DNA from: Octopus sinensis
Taxonomy: Eukaryota
Assembly: GCF_006345805.1 (NCBI RefSeq)
Contig: NC_043001.1
Location: forward strand, 35,898,001 to 35,962,000
Reading direction: 5' to 3'
DNA: 64,000 nucleotides
The notes beneath the pieces were generated by a model that was not told where the DNA came from, did no database searches, and saw nothing but the letters and a program-made list of their open reading frames with translations. Positions 39,646 through 54,123 of this stretch are shown in pieces. Positions within the stretch are counted from its first letter, which is position 1; the number at the start of each line of letters is the position of its first letter. Both the position numbers and the translations under genes were made by a program.

Positions 39646-40059
39646 CAACATGGCTCTTGGTTTCAAGAATTTGTCTTATGAAGAAAGGCTGAAGACGCTC
39701 GACCTTTATTCTCTAGAAAAACGACGACGCCGTGGTGATCTCATTCTTGCTCACAACATCATAAGCGGAAAGTGTAACCTCTCGAAAGAGCTGTTCTTCA
39801 CTCCTGCTCCCGAGCGTCGGCTGCGGGGTCATTCCGAAAAGCTCTATCTGCGACGATTTCATCTCAATCGAAGGAGAGGGGCTTTCTCCGTCCGGGTTGC
39901 GGATCCATGGAATAAGCTACCGGACGAGATGGTGAAGATGCCGACGAAGATGGCCTGAACTCTTTACATGAACACCACCCTGTACATAACTCCATGTCCC
40001 CCTACATGGCCTTGCTTTTTGCTTTTTGAGCCAAAAAATTAACTAACTAACAAACTAAC
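39646..40059 (+). mobile_element. 5'-truncated CR1 LINE (ORF2 C-terminus, 3' UTR and (CTAA)n tail)
   Basis: LSYEERLKTLDLYSLEKRRRRGDLI...LRGHSEKL...FSVRVADPWNKLP is the CR1 ORF2 terminal signature. Tail is AACTAACTAAC. Candidate TSD ATTAA at 39641-39645 and 40060-40064. Confidence 0.93.
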
Positions 40060-41340
40060 ATTAATTAATCATACAGAACTAAATGACACGGCTGCCTGCC
40101 ACTGATTTAGCCATCACACTGTTAGACGAGAATAGGAGATATTGAGTTGATACGCTCTCAGGACAGCTAGGAGAACAGAAAAAATGGTCTATAATACCTT
40201 TGGCACTACAATCAAGCACTTAGATACCCTGTCTGCATTCGAATGCAGAACCATCAAAAGATCACAAAATAAAGAAAATTATCGTTAGATGATTGGATGA
40301 ACAAGCATGAGTTTGTAGCGTTCATACATGTGTAAGTGTGTATATTCATATACACAACATAAAATATACGAAATTATTGGGTGAATATTTAGGGATGTTA
40401 GGAAAATAGCAAAAATACAACAAAAGAATCCTCGGTGAAACGAGAGAAATGTATTTATATGAAATGAGAATGAAAAATATTTATATGTACAGCAGTTAAA
40501 TGCATTCACGTATTCTCGCATGCGTGTTGACAGTATACGATTTCTATGCCAAACGTAGTCAATTAGCAAACATTTCTACCCTTCACTTGCTAAATCGTTC
40601 TCAGTTTCCATTCAAGTTGGGAAGGGGGTGGAACGCTTTTCGTCATCAATGACGAAATACGAACTCACAAACTCCTCAGCAAACACTTCATGCACTCGGC
40701 TGTTTGTTACTCATAAGATAACGAAGAAGGGGAAAAAAACTAGTTTGTGTAAATGAATATCGTAGAAGCTATATTAAATAAGAAACGTTTCTTCCAATTA
40801 TACGAAACATCTGAAGGCTTTTATTTTTTTCTCCTTAGCTTTCTTTTTTCAGTCAAACACAATATACGTATATAATAATATTCCAGTGGTCTACATATGC
40901 ATTTGTAAACGACCTAGATTATTTGCTTGAAACAGAAATTAGCGATAGGACCTTTCAGAGACCAATCGATCTGTCATTCTATATAATATATATACGTACA
41001 TATATGTCGTTGGAGCTTCCATAAGGGACCTGATAAATAAAAGGTATCACTTACAAAGCTTACAAAACGTCATGTGGGTACAATCAATGCAACCTGATAC
41101 GAGATATCAGTTTCGTATATATCGTAGTCGGTTTATATGAGATGTCAGTCAACATAGACACACGACAAGAAGGGATAAAAGAAGCGTAGAATGAGAAGAG
41201 AAGAATGGGGGGGAGGCATCATTAATTTGTAATGATACATAAAAAAAATGCCTTTGACTCAGTTAAGTTGAACAATCACACACACAAGCGGGCACATACA
41301 TAAAGAGATAGGTAGATAGAGTGACAGATAGGCAGATAAG

Positions 41341-41341
41341 T

Positions 41342-41386
<45 letters not shown>

Positions 41387-41649
41387 CAGAGACGGCGAGA
41401 CAAACAGAGATATATAAGCAAGCAGACAGACAGACAGACAGACAGACATGCAATCGGACAGACGGACGGACAGACGGACATACAGACAGACAGACAGACA
41501 GACAAACAATCAGACAGACAGACAGACAAGCAATCAGACAGACGGACGGACATACATACATACATACAGACAGACAGACAGACAGACAGACAAGCAATCA
41601 GACAGACAGACATACAGACAGACAGTCAAACAGACAGACAGAGACAGAC

Positions 41650-41735
<86 letters not shown>
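41341..41735. repeat. (GA)n/(GACA)n/(GATA)n compound microsatellite
   Basis: Read directly from the sequence. Confidence 0.95.
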
Positions 41736-42999
41736 GCAGGCAAACAGACGGATGGAAGAGAGGATACTGGTAGAACAACTAAACAAGCATACAGACAGAG
41801 AATCGCTTAACGGATGAATGGATAGCCAAACAGATAGATAAGCAGACAGACAGAGAGAGAGAGAGAGAGAGAGAGAAGAGACAAGATTGAAAGAGAAAAA
41901 GAGAGAGAGAATTACCATAATCCGGACGTATTAAGATTTAATTTTACATTTATGAATAAAACAGAGAAGTAAATAGTACAAGGAAACTGTTTGTTATAAA
42001 TAGCTATTCTGTCTTTTTTTTGTGTGTGTTCGCGTAAGGCAAATCCTCATTCATTAACTGATATTAGCTTGTCATGTTAGCACATATGAAGTTACTGTTA
42101 GAATTATAAGAAGTTGCAGATGGCTTGATTGCAAATGAGGCTGAATCAATAATTCTTAAGAAGATAAAATAAAAGTATGATAAATAGAAATTTGATGTTA
42201 AAAATAAAACGTATTACGTGGATTTCATTAGATGGGTTTATATTTTAAAACGCCATTTAAGAACTTGCCAGAAATAGGCATATTTTAATATGAAACTTGT
42301 ATTTAGATAAAAAAAAAAATCAACATACAGTTAAGATATTTTAATTACAATATTGAGTATCAAGTTTTCTAACTGTACATTGTTATAATACTTGTATCGT
42401 TCACTACTGTAAAATAAATCATTGGTGTGGGGTATGGCAGGATAAGTTTGTGTTAAAAGTTATTTGCTTATATTAGGAAGAATGCATAATAAATAAAACA
42501 ATTAGAGAGGTTACGTTAACTTTAAAATGTCCTGGTGAGCATTAAATATTCAGAAAATGAGTCAAACTGCATTATTGTTAATCCTTTTTAGTCTCAGTGC
42601 AGTCCTGATTCATTAGATTTCCTTAATGAAAGGCATGTCATTCCGTTCTTCATTGTATTACTAGAACTATATTATTCAATGTCTTTCTTTTCAAGGCGAC
42701 ATGTTACATATAATTTGAGAGAAACTTGGCTACTATTTCTGGAAGACTGAACCATCACGTAGGGTCCCCTTTGTGGCGTACCAAACTATATAGCTGTATT
42801 CATACTTTAGGTAAAAGAACTAATTTAAATCTTTTCCAATTTATCTTCGAAATAAGTTCAATGCAATTATAAATAAACTGTCCTTGAAAAATTATCTCTC
42901 TCTTGTATGGTATTTGTAGTAATTATATTTTGTCCATTGTCCTCGTTATGCTAAGTCACGAGTTTTTCACGATGCCCTCATCCACATGGACGAGCGGAG

Positions 43000-43420
43000 T
43001 TGCTATGTCAATATGAAGTTTATTCAGTACTATCGTATCGAAGGAAGATCTTCATATGAAAATTGGCCTTGGAGATTCTAACCAAGCAGTTGGGCAACCA
43101 TATTTCTTTTACTCAGAACAATAGAGAGTCACAGCAATATGTTCTCCTTGCATCTACAGCTAATCTCTTATCTGTGTGATCATCTTCACTAAGTTTACTG
43201 ACACCCCTTTAATACGTACAATCAGAAACATGGTGAGTAGATCAAAGAAGATATGCACATAACATATGCCGTGCTGAAAACAAACTAGCCCTTAATGCAA
43301 CGAAGACCAATGAACGCATCTTCAAATATAGGAACATAAAGGCCCGGAACCTATTCGCTTTAGCATTAAAGGGAGAGAAATTCCTCGAGATCTAAATTAC
43401 ACAGAAACATTTATGGTTCT
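43000..43420 (+). mobile_element. Decayed Rex1/Babar-like LINE reverse transcriptase remnant
   Basis: KFTDTP (KFADDT-like) near 43192 is followed by AENKLALNATKTNERIFKYR, matching ..NNL.LN..KTKE.I.DFR. Confidence 0.5.
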
Positions 43421-44361
43421 ACAATCCTTAAATCGACCTAACAATGTCTGTACAACGTACGAATACTAAAGAAAGCAAAATATACTCCATAGACTCCATC
43501 AACTTCTCCCAGGGTACAGTTAAGAACATATTAGTATGTTATAAAAACAGATCACATTCTTTGAACCTCAAGTGATAGGGGTGCAACTTCCGCTTAAAAT
43601 CATTGGCAATCTACATTTGTCCAAGGCTACTCTCTAATGAAAGCATTCAGAATCATCTCCAATTATAAGGTTGTGAGGTTTGTCATTTTCTGGTAGATGT
43701 CACATATACATGTGATAATTCGGTATGAGCCGGGCAATTTCATATATAGATACAGTTTAAGCACATAGTTACATATCTTCACCGAGGTTAGTTTAGTTGG
43801 TTGCAATATTTTGATAAATAGATGAGACTGAGATCTTATTCCAATAAAATAATTTTCATGCTATATTAACATAGCTATGTATGCAGGCCTCCTCATGCGA
43901 ATACCTTAATGAGACATGAGTTGTTGATAAACCCTTAAACAACCGCTCTATTTTCTAGAACTAACAGCTAAGTATCTCACTTAATACACTATACAGGCAT
44001 AAACAAATACAGTGGATAATATGGTTCTAAATATGAAATTGAAAAACAAAAAAAAATGACATCGTTACATTGTAAATATCTTGGATCATAGATTTGATCA
44101 GTGTTTATCCGGAACAAAACAACAACTTTATGGAGAGCAAGGAATTCAGAAATCATAACTGTATTCATATATAGTTATATATGTGTTTTTTTCTGGCAAA
44201 TTTTCCTGTTATCTGACACACTGATTTGTATTTAACAAAATGTGATTGTTTCCATAGTCATTTACATAAACTAATACATGCCAATTTTCTGCAAGAAGAA
44301 ATATAAAAAGGAAGACAAATATAGAAACAAATTGCCCAGTGTTATTATACATACACATTTA

Positions 44362-44629
44362 CACGACGGACTATTAAAAAGGTTCCTGGCTTTAAGGGTA
44401 TCGCTAAATGCCTGGTTGGAGGCTCAAACTTACGAGTTCTTTTACAGGGCTTAGAATATCAGGACTGGTGAAAAAGGACTAGAATATCAGGACTGGTGAT
44501 ATTCTAATATCAGGACTGGTGAAATAAGCGTATGAATCTGGGAGGAGAATATGTTAAATAAAATCATAATTAACTGATCCGCCCATATTTTCTTTTACCC
44601 CCAAACCAGGAACTTTCCACCACCCCACG
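44362..44629 (+). mobile_element. Old mariner-derived MITE or deletion derivative
   Basis: Degenerate TIRs AAAGGTTCCTGGCTT and AAACCAGGAACTTT with TA outside. A mariner-like C-terminal end reads NLGGEYVK*. An internal AATATCAGGACTGGTGA is triplicated. Confidence 0.65.
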
Positions 44630-44644
44630 TACATATCATACATA

Positions 44645-44783
44645 CGTGCATATATACGTACATATATATATATATATATACGTACGTACACATATATATA
44701 TATATATATATACGTACGTACACATATATATATATATATATACACGTACGTACACATATATATATATATATATATACGTACGT

Positions 44784-44839
<56 letters not shown>

Positions 44840-44907
44840 GTATATATATATATATACGTATATATATATACGTACATATATATATACGTATATATATATA
44901 TATATAC

Positions 44908-44966
<59 letters not shown>

Positions 44967-45088
44967 TATATATATATATATACACATATATACATACATA
45001 CATACGTAGATACATACATAGGTAGATGGATGGATAGATAGATAGATTGATAGATAGATAGATACACAGACAGACAGACAGACAGAAA
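44645..45088. repeat. (TA)n tract with periodic CGTACGTACACA interruptions, then (GATA)/(GACA)
   Basis: Read directly from the sequence. Confidence 0.95.
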
Positions 45089-46215
45089 GATAGAGTAAAT
45101 AATTTAAAGCAATTAGATATTTTTACCAACAATACCAAGAATGATTACAGAACACAATTAATGAAAAAAGAAAAGTAAAAGACAATGTACGACCATTAGT
45201 ACAATGATTATTATTATTGTTGTTGTTGTTGTTATTATTATTATTACCACAGCCAGTCAGTAAACTAATTCCTACGGAAATAAAACGATATTTAATCGTT
45301 GGCAGACACGAAACTCGTCGTGCGGTAAACAACGTAAATAACATAGAAATGGTTGCATTTTTCATTGAGATGAAAGACGACACCATCATTTGCTTCTATG
45401 TCTAATTTTCTCTCTTCCTTCCTTCCTAGTTCAATACGGAAATCAATGACCGCTATTTATTTGCTATATTCATGTAGTCGTTCGTTCGTTCATTCACTCA
45501 TTTATCCATTTATTAACGATTTTATTTGTCCAAATGAAGAAAATATAAAAGAGGAAAATATGGCGGTATTACATCACATCAGAATTTTTTTTTTCTTTAT
45601 ATTTGTACTAAAATTATTTTCCATTGCTTTACAATTCTGTAAATTTTTTCATTGCTTTTATTTACACTTTCATTTTGTTAAAAAAAAAATATATTGTTTG
45701 TTCTTTATTCAGTTATTAGGCCCATTAAAACGTTAGCTGAGAAGTGTTTGAATTTCACGGTTGAGCAATTTCTGTCTGCCAACAAAAAGTAAAACGAAGA
45801 ACATACATACACATGGGAACATGTATTAGTGTATACGTATGCGTGTATGAGTCTATGCCTTGGTATACGTGCTTGCATTACATGGTCTGACACTGTCAAG
45901 TAATATGTAAGTTTAACTGAAGCAATAGGCTGATGCTTCAGAAAAAACAATCTTGCTGCATTCGTACACAACTATGTACATGTGTGCACATACACGTGTG
46001 CATATTAGCGCGTGTATGTATGTATGTATGACTTTTTTTGTTATATTAGTACACTATTGCGGTGAATATAGTTAGCGTTCGCATTCTTCCATATTTTATG
46101 GCTTTTGAACGTTCCTTTATCTATAACATATATGTACATAAAAAAATAAAACCATTCTAATTGACAATATTTCTAGAAAGATTCTTCTTTTTCAACCCTC
46201 CCGCTCCCTCTCCCT

Positions 46216-46289
<74 letters not shown>

Positions 46290-47119
46290 TTGCAGGCCAA
46301 TGTGCGCTGTTAGTCTATGCCTGTAAACATATAGTTGTATATGTACGTAGACAAAGAAAGGCAGATGCGCACGGTTATGTGATGCCAGATGTGTTATGTA
46401 CAAAGGCGCATTAGTGTTTGTGCATTTGCATGTGCATACATGTGTGTGTGTGTGTGTGTGTGTGCATCCTTCTCGATGAGGGGCGTTATTTTAATAAAAC
46501 CCACACACCGATTACATTTTACTTCTTTTGCTTATCATCATTGTTTATATATATTTGTTGCATTTTGTATTCTCTTCCTATTGTCGTCGCAACTCGCCTT
46601 ATTTGCCGTTCTGTGAACAATTTTTTTTTTCTTTTACTATCATTTTCTGTACTTTTCCTTGTGCGTTTATCGTGTGAACATGTCTATAGCCCAGAAGCTT
46701 GCATTGCTGACATCATAAAACTGAACAATATTGTCGGAAGGTGTCAAAATTGTGATGATGGGTTAAGCATGTTTGTGAGCGTTGTTTTTTTTTTTTTCTT
46801 GTTTTCACCTCAATTTTGTTATACCAACAGTTTCATACATGCAAGCATACATACATGTGTGTACTCATATATAAGTATATAAATATATATATACACACAC
46901 ACATACGTATTATGCATATGTGTATTATGTATGTATGTATGTATGTATGTATGTATGTATGTATGTATGTATGTACGTACGTATGTGTGTATGTATGCAT
47001 GCATGCATGTGTACTTACACTTGGAACAGGATAGAAGAAATATTTGCGAAAACATAGCCCACAAACTTTACCTTCGTAAAGCACAAATGTTAAAATACTT
47101 ATGTAATAGCTTCTGGAAC

Positions 47120-47965
47120 AATTAACTCCTAAGGAAACATCTGCTAACCTTTACATCCACCTGCATACTCTTGTGTACATTAAGGAATAAGTTAAACAAA
47201 CTTCCATACTAACACCATGGTGTGTTTGATGTTCACCATCCCAAAACAAACAGGCGAAATCTAAGGAATACTAACAACACGTACAGAAACCTGCTGACCA
47301 ACTAAAGATTACCACTTATTTACATTCTTTTGTGCACCCTTTAAAACTACATGACCAAAGAACCTGACACTCCTAAATAAAACTCCTGATTACAAAGATT
47401 TAAATGTTGGACATTCCCTTAACAAAAGCTATCTCCGATTAATATGCAAAACCATTTAAACCAACAATATTTAAACATAGTAACACATTTACTGACCAAC
47501 TATCCTCATTCTCCTACCCACATTTGGTGAACTCCTGAAAAGCAACACCCTGGCCTGACGCTGACACACCTAAATACATCTGAATAAATACATGAATAAG
47601 TTGCAAACAATAATACAACTGTTGTTGTATTTAGGAATGGTCATTTTGCCAGTTTAGCCAATAAAAACACACGCACTATATATTTGGTGTTAATTCGCTT
47701 CAGCAAATACAAATTTGCTTCACCTAAATACAACAACATCTGTTTCAACACACGATTTCACATCAAGAATCTTGCAAAACAAATATATAAACGTAATAAT
47801 ACAACTTCTTTCATTCAGAACCTATCCCACAATTAAACTTATTCAACAGAGATACACCTACTTCTGAAAAGTGGAACTTGAACTCAAAGATAGCATAGTT
47901 TGATGATGGCTTAGTTGGCCGAAACGTCGTAGGCACTGTCAATAGTGTTGTTAAAGAATGATACA
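47120..47965 (+). mobile_element. Decayed Penelope-like element 3' region (GIY-YIG remnant and hammerhead-like motif)
   Basis: HGVFDV...TGEI*GILTTRTE at about 47216-47288 resembles GVY.I....YIGET.R.L.TR..EH. Downstream is TTGATGAT-GGC-TTAGTTG-GCC-GAAAC-GTC at 47900-47928. A family D end lies at 47622-47704. Confidence 0.5.
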
Positions 47966-47988
47966 CAAAGACATATCTACACGTGTGT

Positions 47989-48034
<46 letters not shown>

Positions 48035-49540
48035 ATATATATTATACACTACTGCTCCTCCAATTTAGGAATGAAATTTTGATATTTTTTTCTATTTTAA
48101 GAAATATATTAACTATTTTCTCACTTCTAATATAAATAAATAATTTCAGTCCTTCCCTACCCCTCAGTATCTGCCTAATACATCCTGCTTACCTAATTCT
48201 AAATTATTTCTTCATACTGAATTAAATGGCTCAAAATATTGTTTGCTAAATCTCTCCTGTTGCTATATCTATGACCTCTAAAAATATTCAAGTCAATTTC
48301 CTTTTTTTTTTCCAGATTATTACATTTGAACATTAAGCACAAATAGCCATTCCTACATCAGAACATTTTATCGATCTTATTTTTGTCCTTTTACAAGGTT
48401 TTGGAGAAACGCTAAAGCTGCAAGCGGATGTAATATTTTTGAGAGAAACAAACAATTTTGACATAAATATGCTTTTCGAATATCTAAACCAGCGTGTGAT
48501 TTCCTTTTTGAAACGAATGTTACATTCTGAAAGGTTTTCGTTAATCTATTAAAGAATCTAAAAATGCCGGAAGAATGTTCTTCATTGGGTGAAAGTATTG
48601 CACTGTTTTATTGAAATTTTTAAGTTTAAGCATAGATGATAAATCTTTTTCCTTCATCTCTCGCTCTTAGAATGAGTGAGTAACTAGAAAAAAAAAGCTT
48701 CATCTGTCAGTATATAGAATATGCAAAAGGCCTAGAACATATTCGTTGCAGATGAAACGAAATTAAAAAAGGATACAAAATAGAGAAGAAACATGATAGA
48801 TATCCTGGCAGCATAAAGTAATTATCAGTGGTGCTGTAATCAGTAAGTCTTTCATACTTTGAGGTAGTTTTACCAAACATATAGAGATGTCAAGAGTACA
48901 TGCGTGTGTGTATATATGTATGTATGTGTGAGAGAGAAAGAGAGAGTGTATGCGCCTGTAAAACATATATTAGAAAGTTATAGTATACATCTAGGGAAAC
49001 ATACCAATTATACTAATTAGTTATGAATACATACATATAATAATACTGTTCGACACTTATGGAAGTGGAAATGAAAACCTGATTACATTAATCTACACCA
49101 GCAGCTGTGATATGCATTTAAATCTATACATGTAGTAGTTTGTTAAGAAAATTTTAATTTCCTACGAAAACACAAACGTATACACGCAATTGCATTAACA
49201 TACACAGGTAGATATCATCAAATTGACTGCATTTTGAGTAGAGTGGTGGGAAAAGAACTAAAGAAGTGTATATGGAGAGGTTCAGAGGCGTATTTTATGC
49301 ATGCCAATAATGTATGAATATATTCGGACATGTTTTTATGAACATGTGTCTTTAAAAAAATCAGTTGACATACGTGCATATGAATGTTATTTATGGATGT
49401 AGAATATTAATAGATAATTGCATGCGTGCACGTGTTGGTGTGCTTTTGCGTGTGTGAGAGAGAGGCGCGCTTAAATGCAGTATAAATGCGTGAGCATTTA
49501 TGAGAAATTTTTCTGAACACTTGATTGACGTAGGTGTGTT

Positions 49541-49773
49541 AGGTGGCGAGCTAGCAGACACGTTAGCGCGCCGGGCGAAATGCTTAGTGGTATTTTCGTC
49601 TGTCGTTACGTTCTGAGTTCAAATTCCGCCGAGGTCAACTTTGCCTTTCATCCTTTCGGGATCGATAAATAAAGTACCAGTTTCGCACTGGGGTCGATAT
49701 AATCGACTCAATCCCTTCGTCTGTCCTTGTTTGTCCCCTCTATGTTTAGCCCCTTCTGGGCAGTAAAGAAATA
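49541..49773 (+). mobile_element. SINE family B, full length
   Basis: Matches the copy at 4102, including the GTTTAGCCCCTT...AAAGAAATA tail. Confidence 0.92.
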
Positions 49774-50379
49774 TATATGAGGAGCATCCATAGCGCACTC
49801 GCGAGTGTGTGTATTTGTGTGTGTGCGTGCCTGTGTGTGTATGGTTGTGTGTGTCTAGAGTATATTTGAGCGTAAGAGATTGCAGACAGACAGAGATTGC
49901 ACTTGTAATTATTTTGTTCTAAGTTTCAGTCATTAGTGACCTTGCTTATTTGACGGCTTCAAGTTTCTTTCGTTTTTAGATTAATATATCGAGTCTACTT
50001 TATTTATCTACTTCCTTTAGTTTATCGACCTCAAGAGATTTGCCTCATCCAAGTATCGATTTATCTCAACTAGATATCGATTTGTTTCTTTTTGATACTG
50101 ATTCAATTTGCAGATTCGCTTGGGAAGGAATTTATCTCTTTTCGTGCAATGTCGCGCGTTAGAAAATACTTAGATAATGTACACAGTAACCACAAAATAT
50201 TATGGTAATAAACTTTTTCCTTAATATAATTGCTGAAAATCATGGAAACTCATTGACTTGAACTCATAAACAGTTTTATATACACGAAACTTTAGTACCG
50301 GAGAGTTTTCAAGACTTCATGGAAAGTAAAATCTTCTTATGGACACGACTAACATAAAATAAGCAGATTCCATCATCTT

Positions 50380-50475
<96 letters not shown>

Positions 50476-50477
<2 letters not shown>

Positions 50478-50694
50478 CTCTTTTACTCTTTTATTTGTTT
50501 CAGTCATTTGACTGCGGCCATGCTGGAGCACCACCTTTAATCGGGCAACTCGACCCCAGGACTTATTCTTTGTAAGCCCAGTACTTGTTATATCGGTCTC
50601 TTTTGCCGAACCGCTAAGTGACGGGGACATAAACACACCAGCATCGGTTGTCAGCAATGCTAGGGGGACAAACACAGATGCACAAACACACACG

Positions 50695-50735
<41 letters not shown>

Positions 50736-50885
50736 GACGGGTTTCTTTCAGTTTCCGTCTACCAAATCCCCTCACAAGGCTTTGGTCGGCCCGAGGCTAT
50801 AGGAGAAGACACTTGCCCAAGGTGCCAAGTGGGACTGAACCCGGAACCATGTGGCTGGTAAGCAAGCTACTTACCACACTCCTGC
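50476..50885 (-). mobile_element. SINE family A, full length
   Basis: Reverse complement of the copy at 12434. The tail abuts (TA)n at 50380-50474. Confidence 0.92.
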
Positions 50886-51935
50886 AATATTATTGATAAT
50901 CATTAACAAAACATAATTTATATGTATGAATAATTTCTATATATATTAACAAATTCTTTATAGACTTCATGTTAGATTCATCTTAATAACACATCAATAA
51001 ATAATCGACAACTCAGAAGAAATTGGAACGTAAGTGGACACTGAAGAGTGTTAAACAGAATAACAGATAATTATGAGGCTGATAGAGCTGCTGATGGTTA
51101 ACAGTGAAATTGTTCTTTGTCGATGGTGGTGGTGATTAATTCTGGTGATAGTGGTGGTAACAGTAGAGGAGTATATGGTCATTTTAGTTCTTACAACAGT
51201 GACGATGGTGATACTGGTACAAAGTGTTTATCGAAATAACGGAGGTAATTGCATAGAAATAAACGATATGAATTATGGCAAAGAAATTCGTAAACTGCTG
51301 TCGTTGAATGCTCGGATTTATTCATTTATTTCGAGTGAACTTAAAGAAGCGCTGCACGAAGAACAAAAGAAAAGGTTTCTTCAAGAGATAGCGGCAAAGA
51401 GAGTGCACCTGTGGGTTCCCATCATTTCATCATCGACTTTTCATTTCAGTACTGGTGGTACAATATAATGTAGTAGTACATCTGATACATCACATCGTTG
51501 TGGCAATGAAAAATAAAGTCAGAAAATAATACTTGGGATAGGGAATATATGACGGTAAAGATTCGTTGAAATTTAAGAATAAAGTGAGAATATAGGATTT
51601 AGGATGTTATCTGAGTGCCAGCATCCACTCGATCTAGAGTATCTAATTTAACCTTCTCCTATAAATGCGGCACCAGTTCTCTGCGTAAGAAAAGTAGATT
51701 AACGAAAATAATAGAACAACTATCAGACAATTCTTCTTTCTTCTCGTCTGGAATTGCTTCCTTCTCTCCATATATCTATTTATACATTTATTTATGTATT
51801 CCTTTATATGTTCTTTTGTTGTTGTTGTTTTTTCTCATCTTCTTCTTCTTCGGTGACCGAGTTCCCTGTTCAAACAACATCTTTTACATTACTGTTAATT
51901 TCACATTTTACAGCAGTTATTCAACATACTCCAAT

Positions 51936-52127
51936 CTTAGCGGTATTTCGTCTGTCGTTTACGTTCTGAGTTCAAATTCCGCCGAGGTCGACTTTGCCTT
52001 TCATCCTTTCGGGGTCGATAAATAAAGTACCAGTTTTGCACTGGGGTCGATGTAACCGACTTAATCCCTTTGTCTGTCCTTCTTTGTCCCCTCTATGTTT
52101 AGCCCCTTGTGGGCAATTAAGAAATAT
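51936..52127 (+). mobile_element. SINE family B, 5'-truncated
   Basis: CTTAGCGGTATTTCGTCTG...AAGAAATAT. Confidence 0.9.
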
Positions 52128-52615
52128 ATCTTCTCGTATCCATCAACCGTTTTCTTAAATATTCCATTTGCATTGGTTGTTGTTTTTGTTATTAATAAAT
52201 AAGTTGATGTTCCTTTTTAATTTTTATTTTGTTTTTACTATTAATGATGCTGTTTAGCCCCAAGTAAGCCTTTCTCAACCATACCTACGATAAAAGACCA
52301 TTCCGCCATTTTTTCAGGCATAGTGTACATAAAAACTCAGAGTTTCCTTCACATCTTCTGATGATGTTTAAAGTGCCATTTGAGGTAAAGTTGCTTACTA
52401 TTTCTAATAAGTCGAGCGAACATTTATAGGCTTGCTCGATGAGTTTCTTTTAAAAGTTTTTTGGTTATGATGATAAGCCATAATGGAAATTTCGTAAGTC
52501 TCTGTCCGATGAATATATGAATATAGGACTTATTACATCGACATCAAACCCCGGGAATCGACAATGATGAATCCGATCAGATTTATAAACGACTGGGAAA
52601 TATATGTATATAATA

Positions 52616-52986
52616 GGCGCAGGAGTGGCTGTGTGGTAAGTAGCTTGCTAACCAACCACATGGTTCCGGGTTCAGTCCCACTGCGTGGAATCTTCGGCAA
52701 GTGTCTTCTGCTATAGCCCCGGGTCGACCAATGCCTTGTGAGTGGATTTGGTAGACAGAAACTGAAAGAAGCCTGTCGTATATATGTATATATATATGTA
52801 TGTGTGTGTATGTATTTGTGTGTCTGTGTTTGTCCCCCTAGCATTGCTTGACAACCGATGCTGGTGTGTTTACGTCCCCGTCACTTAGCGGTTCGGCAAG
52901 AATAAGTCCCGGGGTCGATTTGCTCGACTAAAGGCGGTGCCCCAGCATGGCCGCAGTCAAATGACTGAAACAAGTAAAAAAGAGTA
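52616..52986 (+). mobile_element. SINE family A with an internal deletion of about 35 bp
   Basis: GGTTCGGCAAG joins directly to AATAAGTCCC, consistent with deletion at AGAATAAGT microhomology. Confidence 0.92.
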
Positions 52987-54123
52987 TATATAAATAGATA
53001 GATGTATATATAATATACAAATGGATGGATCTAAAGAAATTTCCCGCAATGTGTCTCATCTGCAGGTCGAGTACATAGTTAAAGAATAGAGTGATAAATG
53101 TGAACAACCGTACTTGAAATAGCCGAAAATAATTTTTAATTATTTAAAATTACAGCCCTGTGAAAATAAAATGTCATAGCGCTAATGAAAATTTATATTC
53201 ACAAGTAACAAGGAAAAGAACTCCCGAAGTGTCAATTAAGCAAAAATTTATTGAAGAAGATAGAGGAGGAAGAGTGAGTTTGAATTTTAGCAGTCATGTT
53301 TCTATCTTATGGGACTTCTCAGTGAAACACAATTCACTCAATTGCAGAGAGATTAATAGAGATAGTTTATTTTGATTCAAGCGCTGCCATGTGTCTGTCA
53401 AGAATATTCCCCGAAAGGGCAAGTTAAGATAATGGCAGAAAATTTTCTAAATCACTCAAAGATTAGCCTGCACTTTCCCGTGTAATTCCATTTAATTTTG
53501 AGATCATTGAAATTCAGGAATAAGCTCCCTTTGATTTTTCCAGGAATTTTTTTTTTTTTATTAACGCAGAAGGCCCGTTTCTCATTGGCGTTATGGTTTC
53601 AATTAACTATTTTCAGTTCTCTACGTATTTATGGTAACCTGCACGTAACTATATGTTCTTCAGGCAGAACGCCTCCTTGAGAAATGTTAAATTGCTTTTG
53701 ACTGTTCTCCACACAAACAACTAAGTCTGTTAGCTGTTCTAAGATCTTCGCAGGGATAGAACTGAATACGTCTTGCTGATGAGATTCAAGTAATACCGAA
53801 GAATTCCAAGAATCTTCAGCGCTAGATCAAACTTGCTAACCCTCTTCGACATCTTCCTTTAAATGTTATTTGGTTAAAATTTCAGTGTTTTCTTCGTTGC
53901 TTCTTCTTGCTAACAATTTTCATTTATTTGAGATAGCATTTTTCCTCATTAGGATCATAATTTCAATAAATTAGAAGTTTATTTTGGCTTACATCCTCAA
54001 GTATTAAGCAATAGTAGACGAAAGGAAAGCAATCGTACCGAATGGTTTTTAATAAAACAAAAAGAAAACCGTGAGAGTCGTTGCATCATTAACATTGATG
54101 AGCTGCATTTCTCGATCCATATC

